From a virus: a DNA stretch of 64,000 bases. Of this stretch, positions 26,759 to 37,273 are shown piece after piece (position 1 is the stretch's first letter; every line of letters begins with the position of its first letter). The stretch covers positions 1 through 64,000 of the IMG/VR virus record IMGVR_UViG_3300005253_000031, one strand, 5' to 3'. The notes beneath the pieces are model-generated. The model had not been told where the DNA came from and made no database searches. It saw only the letters and a program-made list of their open reading frames with translations. The position numbers and the translations under genes were made by a program.

Positions 26759-29566
26759 TCAGATGCTAGAATCCGGGGGCTCCAAATCCCCCTCTCCGCC
26801 GTACATCTGCGCCTGTTCAGCTTCTTGCTCAGCTCTCGGTTTAACCTCTCCAGTCAGCTCAAACTCATCTCCATCGGGATCGTATTTAGCACCAAACCCC
26901 GCACTTACCGCCGTCGACATCCATCCTACCTTGGCTTGTTTAAGTTCCCATTCAGCCTGGTCGCTGCGCTCTTCTGCGGCAATGAGAGTTAACTTCCAGT
27001 CTGTGATACCGAACGCCCTCAAAAGCTGCGGAAACAACTCCGTGTTGTATACGTCCTGGCTAGACATAGCCCCACGGGACATCCGTATAACCTGCTGACT
27101 TTCGTTGTTAAGCCCACCTACACCGGAGTCAAAGCCCATGAACAGGCCGGGAACCCCATACACTCCAGATACGGAGCGCTCTAGGTACTCCTGTACTGGT
27201 AGGAACTGCAATTCATCTAGGCTGTAGGCAAATCGCACAAACTCCGTCTTGCCCTGACCCGTGTTACTGCTCACTGCCAACCATGGAATGTGGTGCGGGT
27301 TGTTCAGCGTCTCAGCCAGGATTTGCTCCTTGCGAATCTCCACATCTTCGGGGTTATCAGTAACCGTAGTGATAACACCCTGAGGCATCTGTCGCTCAAA
27401 GAAGTAGTCATACAAATAACGATCCATGCCTATCAAAGACAACGCCTTCTCGTACACAGCTAAGACAGGAGAATAACCATACAATTCCGAGGGACTGAAC
27501 TTACTATTCCCTGCAAAAACAGGATAACCCATACGTCTTACTAATAGTACACCGTTCGGAACCTCACAGCAATATACCTTAGATTCTGCCATATTTGGAC
27601 TAAAGTCATCTCTATTATTAGAGTCTTCATGGCCCACGTTAATCGATAATTCAGTATGTAGATCAAAGTAGACACGTTGAGTCGTTGAGTGAATTGTTTC
27701 GTGTTTATACTTACTTAAACGGGCCGAGTAACCCAGTTTAAGAGCAATTTCCTGAACATCATCAAGTAAACGATTCGATGACGAGACAAAATACCCCCGA
27801 ACTCCGTTCTCGATATACTCTCTATTTCGTCCATGTATTTCTTTACCTTCAACGTCGCGTATCCAACATCCGTCAGCATTTATCAACGCATCAAACAATA
27901 TACGCAACTGTCGTTGAGATAAATTCTTGTATTCAAATGGAACAAATCGAGCTCGCGAATGTGAACTAACGCTTTTATCTTCCTTTTCAATTCCAAACGT
28001 CTCCAAAATATATGTTTTCAAGCGCTTATCGCGAATGTAAAACTTGGGGCCTGTTAGATTAACTGTAAAGGGCATTCGATCTAATAGGGCCTTAATTCGA
28101 TGCCAAGTAGGTGTTCCCAACTTCTGGGAAATTATAATGGCATTCCCCGCTATGTGACTATTGGCCGAGCCTTCAGCAAGCCACCACCCCAAGAACTCTA
28201 GCCAATCATCCATTGCAATTTCTATGTGGGGTAAATCATCATGTTTAGTACCTTGTGACTGGGGGATTCCAGGTAATATAAACTTTTCAATTTCCTCACC
28301 ATTCCAATCTGCCCCCAGTTTGAACGTTAACTTTTTGCGGTAAGCCTCCTTGGCTTGAATCAATTCATAGTCATCTGAGTCGTCTACCTTAACATAGAGG
28401 TTATGATTTGGTGTAACGTTCAAATCAAGCATATTACCTGCAACCTTAACACCTCCCTGTGCTGAGTACATGAACTCCGGCCCGTCGTACTCGAAATGAC
28501 TTGTAGGCTTCTGCCACTCCATGACATCGGTCTTCTGATTCAAAGTCATGACCACATCGGTGTCGGAAACGTCTTTGAAATACTGCCATCCGCGCTGTTT
28601 AGTCAATACCTGCGTTTGATCATCATAGCAGGCATGTATCACCTCACCCTGTACAATATAGAGGCTTTCCTTGTCCGTGCTAATGCCTCCACTCTTAACC
28701 CCATATGCGCCGCTCATAGGCACGTACCTGAACATGACGGGGAACGTGGGATAACCATCAATCGGACAGCGTCCCTTCCAGTCATGCTCCCAGCCCTCAT
28801 CAGCAGGTACTTCCAGCAGATTGTCTCGATGAGCCAGGCATACGTGATGCGCCATGCCGGGCCTGTTCTGAGAGTCGGCATCAAACTCCACGAACACTGG
28901 ATCTAGTCTGTATAGTTGCTTTACCTGACGATATATGGTGGGTTTACCATCCTCGGATCCCAACGTGTACTCAGACGACAGAAACAGAAAGGCATCATCA
29001 ACTATATTGAGATCATCCTCAAGAGTCTGCAATAGGCGAATAAAGGACTGTCCAAAGATATTTACCTTGGACATCAAGCGCTCGAACCTTACTCTCTGTG
29101 CGGGATCTGGAGTCTGCAATACTTCACTGCATCTCGGACACACTTCATTTTCATCCCGGTCATCCTTGAGGTCCTTCTGCGTGTAGTCAACCTCACACGA
29201 GGCACAGCGGTAAACGAAAGCCGGTAACCACTCCAATCCCCGCCTAAACACCTCTTGCTTTAGAGAAAGGATGGCAGTCTTGAGAGTGCTAAGGTTATGC
29301 GCCATTCCATACAGGTCGATGAGATTGAAGCGCTGAAATAACTGCTGACGTACACCCTTAAAGCCGATGTCCGGAACTCCAACCATAGGGGCCGATGTCT
29401 TCAACGCCTTCTGAATTGTTTGCAATGCGTTAAAGTTATCGGTATCCCCGGCCGTCAAGCGTTGCTCTATTACCTTCAGAAAACTCGCCGCTTTCGGATC
29501 CAGCGCTGCATAACTGCCCGCAGGTGCTCCTCTATTCTTACTAAACCACTTATTCCAAAAAGCCAT
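26759..29566 (-). CDS. Portal protein containing an intein
   Basis: Near TerL; EDDLNIVDDAFL, EVIH..SKFSPSELYGYSP, YFFERQMPQGVI, YGVP. Confidence 0.85.
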   Translation of the reverse strand: MAFWNKWFSKNRGAPAGSYAALDPKAASFLKVIEQRLTAGDTDNFNALQTIQKALKTSAPMVGVPDIGFKGVRQQLFQRFNLIDLYGMAHNLSTLKTAILSLKQEVFRRGLEWLPAFVYRCASCEVDYTQKDLKDDRDENEVCPRCSEVLQTPDPAQRVRFERLMSKVNIFGQSFIRLLQTLEDDLNIVDDAFLFLSSEYTLGSEDGKPTIYRQVKQLYRLDPVFVEFDADSQNRPGMAHHVCLAHRDNLLEVPADEGWEHDWKGRCPIDGYPTFPVMFRYVPMSGAYGVKSGGISTDKESLYIVQGEVIHACYDDQTQVLTKQRGWQYFKDVSDTDVVMTLNQKTDVMEWQKPTSHFEYDGPEFMYSAQGGVKVAGNMLDLNVTPNHNLYVKVDDSDDYELIQAKEAYRKKLTFKLGADWNGEEIEKFILPGIPQSQGTKHDDLPHIEIAMDDWLEFLGWWLAEGSANSHIAGNAIIISQKLGTPTWHRIKALLDRMPFTVNLTGPKFYIRDKRLKTYILETFGIEKEDKSVSSHSRARFVPFEYKNLSQRQLRILFDALINADGCWIRDVEGKEIHGRNREYIENGVRGYFVSSSNRLLDDVQEIALKLGYSARLSKYKHETIHSTTQRVYFDLHTELSINVGHEDSNNRDDFSPNMAESKVYCCEVPNGVLLVRRMGYPVFAGNSKFSPSELYGYSPVLAVYEKALSLIGMDRYLYDYFFERQMPQGVITTVTDNPEDVEIRKEQILAETLNNPHHIPWLAVSSNTGQGKTEFVRFAYSLDELQFLPVQEYLERSVSGVYGVPGLFMGFDSGVGGLNNESQQVIRMSRGAMSSQDVYNTELFPQLLRAFGITDWKLTLIAAEERSDQAEWELKQAKVGWMSTAVSAGFGAKYDPDGDEFELTGEVKPRAEQEAEQAQMYGGEGDLEPPDSSI
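27506..28630 (-). mobile_element. Intein (375 aa) with LAGLIDADG homing endonuclease
   Basis: Begins CYDDQTQVLT; block B VTPNHNLYV; LGWWLAEGS and LFDALINADG; ends VYCCEVPNGVLLVRR..PVFAGN|S; AT-richer than flanks. Confidence 0.92.
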
Positions 29567-29570
29567 TATA

Positions 29571-30044
29571 TTACCTCATGTCCCTATTAAAATTCTCAAA
29601 CAATATGTCGGCCTCCGGATCAACGGTTTCTCCCCACCAACACCATTGACAGAAAATTTGGGCAAATGCCTCATGCCCATTCGTCGTCGCATATTCATCA
29701 ATCGGTATGAAATCAAAATCAAATCCGACCATCTCATGAAGCGCGTGTCCCAATTCATGAACTATATCTAAGGGCGTTAAATCAACCACAGGTTCCGGCA
29801 ATACAATTGTTGTTCGTCGAAGAGATTTTGGTAATCTATTCTGGTTATGTGCATAGGAACAATGAGCAGTATTTCTATAACTGCGTCCGTCTTTTATGTT
29901 TTCGATCGTCCCCAACCCAGCAAAAAGAGGTTCACTTCCAGTAAAAAAGTCTATGTCTTTAAGTCGAAAACGAACGTTCATTGGAATCTTTACATATCCC
30001 GCTTCGATTAAAGAGCTATACGCATTGTTGGTTATTCGTTTCAC
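29571..30044 (-). CDS. Zincin-like metallopeptidase
   Basis: IVHELGHALHE...YATTNGHEAFAQ. Confidence 0.7.
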   Translation of the reverse strand: MKRITNNAYSSLIEAGYVKIPMNVRFRLKDIDFFTGSEPLFAGLGTIENIKDGRSYRNTAHCSYAHNQNRLPKSLRRTTIVLPEPVVDLTPLDIVHELGHALHEMVGFDFDFIPIDEYATTNGHEAFAQIFCQWCWWGETVDPEADILFENFNRDMR

Positions 30045-30047
30045 TTT

Positions 30048-30476
30048 TCATACCCTTTTAGCTAGTATGTCTTCCGATCCCGGCATCAGCAGAGTCTCTC
30101 CGTTAAAGCGCCATCGGCTCCCTTGCCACTCCGAAAAAATCACTTCGTCCCCCACGCTTACCCCCAACTTCTCTCCGGTCTTGGGATGAATGGCTCTAAT
30201 GAATCCATAGGTGGTATTGCTCGTAAGAGGTCTTGCAATGGCTAATCCCGACTCGGTGGTGCTCGGTAGTTCTATTTCCTCCAGCAATACCCAATCCGGC
30301 AAGGGATGAATCTGCGCTGCGTCTGCGTCCACAGGAATAGGGGCCCAGTTGGGTCGCTCCCCCGCCCTACGCCTCTTTTTCTTCAGTGAGTTATAAGGTC
30401 TCCGGTTCATCATCGTTTTGCTTCCTCCGTTTAATCGCTCGGGCCTCAGCATCTTCATACCCGGATACGTCATCAC
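30048..30476 (-). CDS. groES: GroES-like co-chaperonin (divergent, basic N-terminal extension; start uncertain)
   Basis: IHPLPDWVLLE, TTESGLAI, VSVGDEVIFSEWQG, EDILA. Confidence 0.75.
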   Translation of the reverse strand: MMTYPGMKMLRPERLNGGSKTMMNRRPYNSLKKKRRRAGERPNWAPIPVDADAAQIHPLPDWVLLEEIELPSTTESGLAIARPLTSNTTYGFIRAIHPKTGEKLGVSVGDEVIFSEWQGSRWRFNGETLLMPGSEDILAKRV

Positions 30477-30983
30477 TTAGTTCTCTATTACGATGTCGTA
30501 GACGGGCCGCTTGTAGTCGAGCCTTGTTCTCATCAGCTTCCATCTTCAACTTCCTGAAAACGGGCACCTCCGCCTCGATCTTATGTTCAGACACTCTCTC
30601 CGAGCGTAATGCCTCAGCGAACTCCTCCTCTGTCATTGAGAGGAAATCCTTTCGAAACGCAACGGGATTCAATGTTGCACGTCGCTGTTGCAACGCTTGG
30701 AATCCCTTACCCGGCGGCTCACGTCTCCAGTTGTTCATAACTAGAACGTCTCCAGAAGATCTTCGTAAAACTCAAGCATGGCCTCACAACTCGCTACGGC
30801 GTCCTCAACCATATTGGGAGGAAAGCCCTTTGCTCCCATCTCCCGAATAACCTTCTTACGCATCTCCTCATACCATCCCACGCGTTCCTCTATAAAACGT
30901 CGAGTCTGCCTCGCCCCTCTAACTGCCTCTAAGGGTACGTTCAAATACAGTGAATTCATTGATTGCCTCCAAGTTGTCTCCAA
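30391..30983 (-). CDS. Two hypothetical proteins (30391-30738, 30741-30983)
   Basis: ORFs between TerL and GroES. Confidence 0.55.
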
Positions 30984-32503
30984 ATAGTATCCCTGGGGCT
31001 CTCCTGTCGTTGATTCTTCATAAGACTAGAGCGTGGATCCGCGCTTCCAATGTCCACCAAGACGGGTCCATCGTCAGCGGCTTTCACCGCTAGTGCATTG
31101 GACCAGAAAGCGTCTCCATGTCCATCTGGGGTTTCGTCCGCCTTAAGGTCCTTACGAACCATGACAATACTTCTAATCTGTCGCTCATCCCCCAACAATA
31201 AGATCCCTTTCTCATGGCTCTCAGCAAATACCCGCTTTTCCAGCTTCACTGCTATGTCCGCCTTGAGCTTGTTAGTAAAGGTCCGCCCTCGCCAACGCTT
31301 ACTAAGACCTCGATCGTCCAACTCATTACGTGTGTTATCGTAATATCCGCGGGTTAGCTGAAACTTAATGGCCAACGCATTCAGAATTTTCACTTGCTGT
31401 ACATAGTTAGTGTTATCCAGGAACCTTTGGTACAACTGTATGAGAGTGCCAGACGGCATCTCCAAGAATATTGATACGTGGCTTGGGTGAACCATTTTTC
31501 CTATGTCCATCCCCGCATAGGTGCCTAACTTATCTAGATTTACGAAGTTCTTTCCAACGGGCCATGGACTCAGTTGAGGATCCACGGCCAACAGCACGTC
31601 CTCACGGGTTAGGAACTGGTCCGTTACCGTTATGGGTGTTAGCTGATACTCAACCTCAAAAGCTGTCTCTCCAATGTTTTTTCGAATTCTCGTAAGTCGT
31701 TCAAAATCAAACTTCTCCGGCCACTGAGTTTTCTGTTTTACCCAGTCGCTGATGGCGGGATATATCAACCACATCCAATCCTCGTTTGCAGCCAACTGGT
31801 ACAGTATGTCGTCATAGGCTTGCGGAGTTCCCACCAACCACAATATATCATCGGGGTTAGAAGGCAACGACATGATGGTCTGACGGAAGATCCTGTTAAT
31901 CAGCCTCAACTCCGTGCTCGCCAACGGATTAGAAAAATCAGATAAAATATCATCACATATCACAAACTTCGGATGTCGTCCACGTGTTGCGCTCTTAATT
32001 CCCGATCCCTTCAACGTAACCTCAGCAATCGGTCCATCGCCCCAGTCTACCAAAAAATCAATTATGTTCTCAGAAGTAGGTTTTAAGTCCCTCCAAAATC
32101 TACAATAGGGATTCGTCAAGATCAGACGCTTTAAGGCTGCTACCTTCTCATTTGCAAGCTCTGCCTTATAACTAAAGTAAATCCCATCTACCAACTCGTT
32201 GTCTGCGGCCTTGAACATCAGCCAAAATGGGCCGCCTTGCCCAATCACCGTAGTTTTCAAATGCGCTCGTGGGGCTTGTAAGCACATGCGCGGATTAAAC
32301 TGTGCCAATACGGCCCACTCTCTATGTATGTTTGAAAACTCAAAAGGCTCCCGCTGTCCCTCGTGCCCCGTAAAAGTTAAGCCTTCGAACGACTTGATAA
32401 AAATCGTCTCCAGAAACCACCAGAAAAACGACTTACCCAGCTGAATATTTAGCCGCTCCTCCTCGGTAAAGGGTTGCGGCGCTTCGTCCCTGTATTTGTT
32501 CAT
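30956..32503 (-). CDS. terL: Terminase large subunit
   Basis: APRAHLKTT (Walker A variant), RGRHPKFVICDDIL (Walker B), VGTP, GMDIG, HGDAFWSNALA. Confidence 0.92.
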   Translation of the reverse strand: MNKYRDEAPQPFTEEERLNIQLGKSFFWWFLETIFIKSFEGLTFTGHEGQREPFEFSNIHREWAVLAQFNPRMCLQAPRAHLKTTVIGQGGPFWLMFKAADNELVDGIYFSYKAELANEKVAALKRLILTNPYCRFWRDLKPTSENIIDFLVDWGDGPIAEVTLKGSGIKSATRGRHPKFVICDDILSDFSNPLASTELRLINRIFRQTIMSLPSNPDDILWLVGTPQAYDDILYQLAANEDWMWLIYPAISDWVKQKTQWPEKFDFERLTRIRKNIGETAFEVEYQLTPITVTDQFLTREDVLLAVDPQLSPWPVGKNFVNLDKLGTYAGMDIGKMVHPSHVSIFLEMPSGTLIQLYQRFLDNTNYVQQVKILNALAIKFQLTRGYYDNTRNELDDRGLSKRWRGRTFTNKLKADIAVKLEKRVFAESHEKGILLLGDERQIRSIVMVRKDLKADETPDGHGDAFWSNALAVKAADDGPVLVDIGSADPRSSLMKNQRQESPRDTIWRQLGGNQ

Positions 32504-33180
32504 ACATCTTCTTCGAGCAGGTCCTCCTCCATACTAGGCAAAACTCGGTGGTTGCCCCGGACCTCCTCTTTATGTCTCGTGTCTATGTCCACCACCAACT
32601 GTTTAGTGGTTGCGGCTACCTTATCTACGATGTTCTCCATCCAGTTGCCGGAGCCTTCAACGACAACCCCGGTATCGTTCTCCTTAGATCCGCCGGAGAA
32701 GATGTTAACCGCGAAAGTTTCTCCCTGTACGCTCTTAAGCATTTCCATCATGCGGAAGTTAAATCCCATCAACTCATTCCAAAGCATGTCCATCCGCGTG
32801 TAGTCTTGCTCGTTAAACTCTATGCTAGGATCTTCAGACTCAACCTGCTTGTCTATCTCTGACTGCTTCTGTCGCTCTACCAACGACAACCACTCAACGA
32901 AGCGTATGTTATAGGCCATAATTGACAGCTTCATAACATCTTGCACCTCGGAAGTGTTGCTGTCAATTGACTCTCGCAGGAACTTGTTAACTCTCTCGGG
33001 AAGAAGCTCCAGGGAATACTCCCTCATTAACGTAGTGCGAATAGTTTTCCAGTCAACCTCTTCCCCCGTTAACTCCAGGTAACGCTCAGGCATATCTCGC
33101 CAGGGAACTTGCTCCGTAACGCGTATGTCCATCAACGCTTCGAGAAGGACTGGATCAGTTATCTTTCGAGGAGCAGCCAT
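32500..33180 (-). CDS. Putative terminase small subunit
   Basis: Immediately upstream of and coupled to TerL; N-terminal HTH-like region and helical body. Confidence 0.5.
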   Translation of the reverse strand: MAAPRKITDPVLLEALMDIRVTEQVPWRDMPERYLELTGEEVDWKTIRTTLMREYSLELLPERVNKFLRESIDSNTSEVQDVMKLSIMAYNIRFVEWLSLVERQKQSEIDKQVESEDPSIEFNEQDYTRMDMLWNELMGFNFRMMEMLKSVQGETFAVNIFSGGSKENDTGVVVEGSGNWMENIVDKVAATTKQLVVDIDTRHKEEVRGNHRVLPSMEEDLLEEDV

Positions 33181-34751
33181 CAGTATATCTCCACCGTGCC
33201 CAGCTTGGCTCGCGTTAAAACTAGATCGAAAATGGTCTTTTCGTACGTTGGGCCACTTCTCTTAACCTTCTTCAACGTGCCCTTGGACAGTCCCATGAGC
33301 CACCAAACCCCGGTCGAATAGGACAGCAAGTCCCGCCAGGTCGAGAACTCCTCATTGCAGAGGGTAGCAAGCAATACGTCAACATAACTCTCCAGAAACC
33401 TCTCATCGATCGCTGGATAAGCCTGCTTCTCAACCATTAACTCAACCTGCTTCTCAATCAAGGTACCTGCCCACTGAGCAACATTTGGAGAATACAAATT
33501 GGTCACACAAACCGCCCCCTTGGTGAAGGAATCTAAGCGCATTACCTCATCATTGCGTGAGAAAACACCTTCGTAAATCGGAATTGCTCCGGGAGACAAA
33601 TAGGAAAACATCTCATCAACAAAGGGAGCCTCAGGCCCTACTTCGAAAAGCTCCAATTGCTCATCATGGTCTCTAACAGAGGGCAGAAACGCGTAAAGCC
33701 AATTAGCTTCAAAGGGTTCTACCCGAGCATTAATAATAGTCTGCGCTTTCTCCAGTAACAGATCTCGGTTTAACGTCTTCATAGCTTCTCTCCCCTTAGT
33801 TGAATCCCGTAGGCATTTTGACGTTTCTCTCCGCTCTTCGACCCGCTTCCTCAAAACCCCGAGTCACAGCACTTCCGTATCCAGACGCCAAAGCGTTGGC
33901 CAAGGCTTGCGGATCTTCCTTTATTCCTTCATGCGCCTGTGTTACCACCTGTGCAGAAGTTCGGCTATCTTTCTCTTCTGAAGTAACGTTAGTTACGGGA
34001 ACTTCCTCGTCGTCCTCAGGTTCGGGCCTCAGATTCCCAGAAGACTCGGGGATCACGGGATTTACCACAGTCATTCCAGGTGTAGCCGCTGCCGTTTCTC
34101 CCGCGTGCAATAACGCATCTACTTCTATGTTGAGACCCCTATCGGCCAACTCACGCTGCATGGCCAACAGAGATATGCGCTTCTCCTCCCATGTTTTCCG
34201 GAGACTCTTAAACTCCTCGAGGTCCGACATAAACTCCCCAACGATCTCAGTAATAGGCTTCTCCACCACTACGCGAACACCCTCAAGGTCAGCCAGTACG
34301 TCTTCGGCTTCTGTTAGTTCATCCTTATTCTCGTTCATCTATTTCCTCCATTTCCAGCAACTCTGGGTTGACGTCTTCAGACAATATCTCCTCCCCGTCT
34401 AATGCTCCACACATTAAACAACGGATCTCATTATCGTCATCAATTACCCACTGGTGCTCGTGTTCTTCATCATTCCACATTTCGCTCTGCTATCACCTTC
34501 ATAAGTGGACACACGGATGCGTCATTTACATTGCTAGCATCGGGAGAACTCCTACAGGGGCATGACGCGCACACATCTGTTGGAAACCGATTACAGTTCC
34601 CCGCACAGCCTTTGAGGTATAGCGGACAGGTATCACACTGATTATTGCAGATTATCAACTTGAGAAGCTTCTGTGCCGGTTTAGTTAGCTTCTCAGGAGG
34701 AATATCTCTGATCCGCTCAGTAAGTAGCGCTCCCGCTAGTCCTCGACTCAT
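33180..34751 (-). CDS. Hypothetical proteins (33180-33782, 33796-34338, 34470-34751 very Cys-rich)
   Basis: Co-oriented ORFs with SDs. Confidence 0.6.
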
Positions 34752-34786
34752 TTATATTGTACTCCCTTAAATGTTAAGTGTACACC

Positions 34787-35062
34787 TTATCGATCGATAA
34801 CAGCCAAAACGACCTCTTCATCGACGATACGATACTGTTCCTGGCCTATTTCAACACCGTCGCCGGCAAACAGACTCACCAAAATCAAATCCCCTAGTTT
34901 GACATTTTCAACGTCGGAACCAACAGCCACCACGTCGGCCTTGTGGGTATCTCCTGGAGCATTGCTGCCGGGCAATACAAGCCCGCTTTTAAGCTCCTGC
35001 TCCTCAATCTTCTGTACCTGAATCAGTATCCTACTTCCAAGGGGTTTAACACCTATGCTCAT
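34787..35062 (-). CDS. groES: GroES co-chaperonin
   Basis: VKPLGSRILI, KSGLVLP, VVAVG, VKLGD, YRIVDEEVVLAVI. Confidence 0.92.
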   Translation of the reverse strand: MSIGVKPLGSRILIQVQKIEEQELKSGLVLPGSNAPGDTHKADVVAVGSDVENVKLGDLILVSLFAGDGVEIGQEQYRIVDEEVVLAVIDR

Positions 35063-35175
35063 CTTCGTCTCCTTTCACACCCATGATGTCACAATATGCT
35101 GTAGTATGTTGCGGACTGCCACACATCCCGCATCGCTTACGCTCGGACATTAACAATAACCTCCCTACGTTTCCT

Positions 35176-35682
35176 TTACATATGGCTTTCAAGTTTGCGA
35201 GCTGATGCCCGTCTAATTTGCTCATCCCTCAAGGACCACACCTGAATCTCAAGTCCCTTAGTAAGTCCCTCCAGAGTTTGAATCTCCTGACCCAATTTAA
35301 TACGCTGGGTAAACAATATTGCCATGTCTGAGTCCGTGGTCAAAATCTCTCCCCGTAACACATCCTTAGCAGGCGTCTTCCCGTCAAAGGTCTTACCCAG
35401 GGCGTATATGCGCTCCGCAACGTTTACTTCGAACACCTCGTCTAGCGCGGCGTATTCAGCTTTCTTAAACGCCACAGAGGTAGTAGCAAAGGCATACCAC
35501 GCGTTAAATCTCGCACATAAGTTGGCCAACGGAATATCGTTCACTCCCGCTATGTCCGTGGGATATACCATCTCGGACAACGCTATATTGGGCTTCTTCG
35601 GAATCGGGAAGCCTTTATCCACTAAGACCTTCCGGGCCTCATCTACCGCGGCTCTCCAGTCAAAGCTATTAACCAAAGACAT
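35176..35682 (-). CDS. Helical hypothetical protein in the recombination module (possibly UvsY-like)
   Basis: Position after RecA and exonuclease; coiled-coil character. Confidence 0.45.
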   Translation of the reverse strand: MSLVNSFDWRAAVDEARKVLVDKGFPIPKKPNIALSEMVYPTDIAGVNDIPLANLCARFNAWYAFATTSVAFKKAEYAALDEVFEVNVAERIYALGKTFDGKTPAKDVLRGEILTTDSDMAILFTQRIKLGQEIQTLEGLTKGLEIQVWSLRDEQIRRASARKLESHM

Positions 35683-35695
35683 CAAACACCTCTTT

Positions 35696-36631
35696 CTATA
35701 TGTCCAGATCTTCCAGCTTGGTCCATTCCTTGACTTCGTTAAGCGCCACCTCTTCGTCGTCGTGAAGTCCACATAGGACGCTGTTCTTCTTGGACCCGAA
35801 CCCGTTCTCCTCCGGATCATGCGTACACGGTGGTACAACCTGCTTGACCCAGTATTCATTTAGGTGGTTCATTCTCTCAAACTGGGAGACTATCATGTCC
35901 CGCCCCACCTCTAGCGAAATGTAGAAGTCTCGAAACTTACTGTCGTTCTTGTTGTCGAACAACAGAAATCCCTCCTCAACGTTCTGTGCGTACAAATAGG
36001 CGAGAAGCTGAAGGAGATACTTTTTCACCTGTCCCCCGAAGTAGCTGTCGCCGATGTTGCTGAGGTTCTCCAAGTTAGCCACAGGATCCAAGGTGCGCTG
36101 AGGCAGAAGCTTGAAGCTCCGGTCATTACAGGACTTGATCTCTCCGATCATCCTTCGTCCCCGCTCAAACGGATGCTTGATCATGACGTCATACTCATAG
36201 CTGAGTTTAGGCGGACCATCAAACTTGGCGCGAACGTTGCTTCCAATCAAGATACCAAACTCAGTAAATCGCTTCTGCCATAGCTTCTCAATCGCCTGCC
36301 CCATCTCAAAGATGCGCTTGACATGCGTGGGAAAGGGCTCTCCCCGGAAGCCCAACAGCCCCAGTATCAACAGGCGGTCACAGGAGTTTACCATACTCGA
36401 GGGAGTCCATCCCTTCTCCGGCTCTCGACCTGGAAGCCACAACGGTCGATTGTCCGTATACTTCTGTGCAATGGACAAGTCTAACCAGCTTTCCTTGGCC
36501 ACCGTTCCAACTGTTTTGGCCTTGGAATTTCCCCTTCCCCGGCCTCCTCCCCCTACTCTCTTGTTAACTGCGGGAGTTCTCTTACTCGTTAAACCCGCCA
36601 AACCTCTTCGTGCTTGAGTCATTATTCCCAC
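35696..36631 (-). CDS. PD-(D/E)xK (Cas4/RecB-like) exonuclease
   Basis: PSS...CDR, G..IE, YDVMI, GEIKS, QLLAY. Confidence 0.75.
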   Translation of the reverse strand: MGIMTQARRGLAGLTSKRTPAVNKRVGGGGRGRGNSKAKTVGTVAKESWLDLSIAQKYTDNRPLWLPGREPEKGWTPSSMVNSCDRLLILGLLGFRGEPFPTHVKRIFEMGQAIEKLWQKRFTEFGILIGSNVRAKFDGPPKLSYEYDVMIKHPFERGRRMIGEIKSCNDRSFKLLPQRTLDPVANLENLSNIGDSYFGGQVKKYLLQLLAYLYAQNVEEGFLLFDNKNDSKFRDFYISLEVGRDMIVSQFERMNHLNEYWVKQVVPPCTHDPEENGFGSKKNSVLCGLHDDEEVALNEVKEWTKLEDLDI

Positions 36632-36999
36632 CCCGATTCTCTAGCGTATTCTATGCGTGCCAATGCCGATTGTCTCTCCGGATCTAAGACTTCCCATAAC
36701 AATGCAATTAGTCCGGTTTCTGTATCGCTCCTAGCAGCTAACTCACTGTAGTCCAGGCGATACACGGGCAAGGCATATTTAGCCATCAAATATGTGTCCC
36801 GCCTCTTATCCCGAGTCTCCGAGTGCTGCGGACCATCTGCCTCGAAGGCTATATGTCGGGACCGTACATATATGTCTACTGTATAGGGTGAAAATGAAAC
36901 CTCTTCCTCGAGCTCAAACCCCACCGTCTTCAGCAGTTCCACCAACTTTAGGTGTATCCCCGTCCCCGTCGTCCTCTGACCCGTCTCCATTATTGGCAT
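36622..36999 (-). CDS. DUF559/Vsr-like endonuclease
   Basis: PYTVDIY..IAFEADGPQH..RDKRRDTYL. Confidence 0.8.
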   Translation of the reverse strand: MPIMETGQRTTGTGIHLKLVELLKTVGFELEEEVSFSPYTVDIYVRSRHIAFEADGPQHSETRDKRRDTYLMAKYALPVYRLDYSELAARSDTETGLIALLWEVLDPERQSALARIEYARESGWE

Positions 37000-37273
37000 G
37001 TTTACTCCCTTTTGCTAAAGCAGTGATATCTCGGCCCAGAACATAGTCCTCCCTAATCCGCCTCATTTGCCCAAGTATGTCTGGCTTATACATCAGCACC
37101 TCTGTTCGGTATGCTCTGCCACACTTGCAAAGTGCTGCATAACATGCCCGAGGCGATGGCACGGACTCAGCGTATCCACTCAAACTAATCAGTTTAGTAC
37201 ATGTACAGCGTATTACCAGTCCATTCTCAGGGGAGAGTTCGACTATATCTTCAGAAGTAAATGGATTAAACAT
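36914..37273 (-). CDS. Zn-ribbon hypothetical protein
   Basis: CTC...CKCG. Confidence 0.5.
   Translation of the reverse strand: MFNPFTSEDIVELSPENGLVIRCTCTKLISLSGYAESVPSPRACYAALCKCGRAYRTEVLMYKPDILGQMRRIREDYVLGRDITALAKGSKHANNGDGSEDDGDGDTPKVGGTAEDGGV

Noticed and set aside
35696-36631. CRISPR-Cas locus (Cas4-like gene)
   Set aside because: No repeat-spacer array or other cas genes; it sits in the recombination module as in many phages
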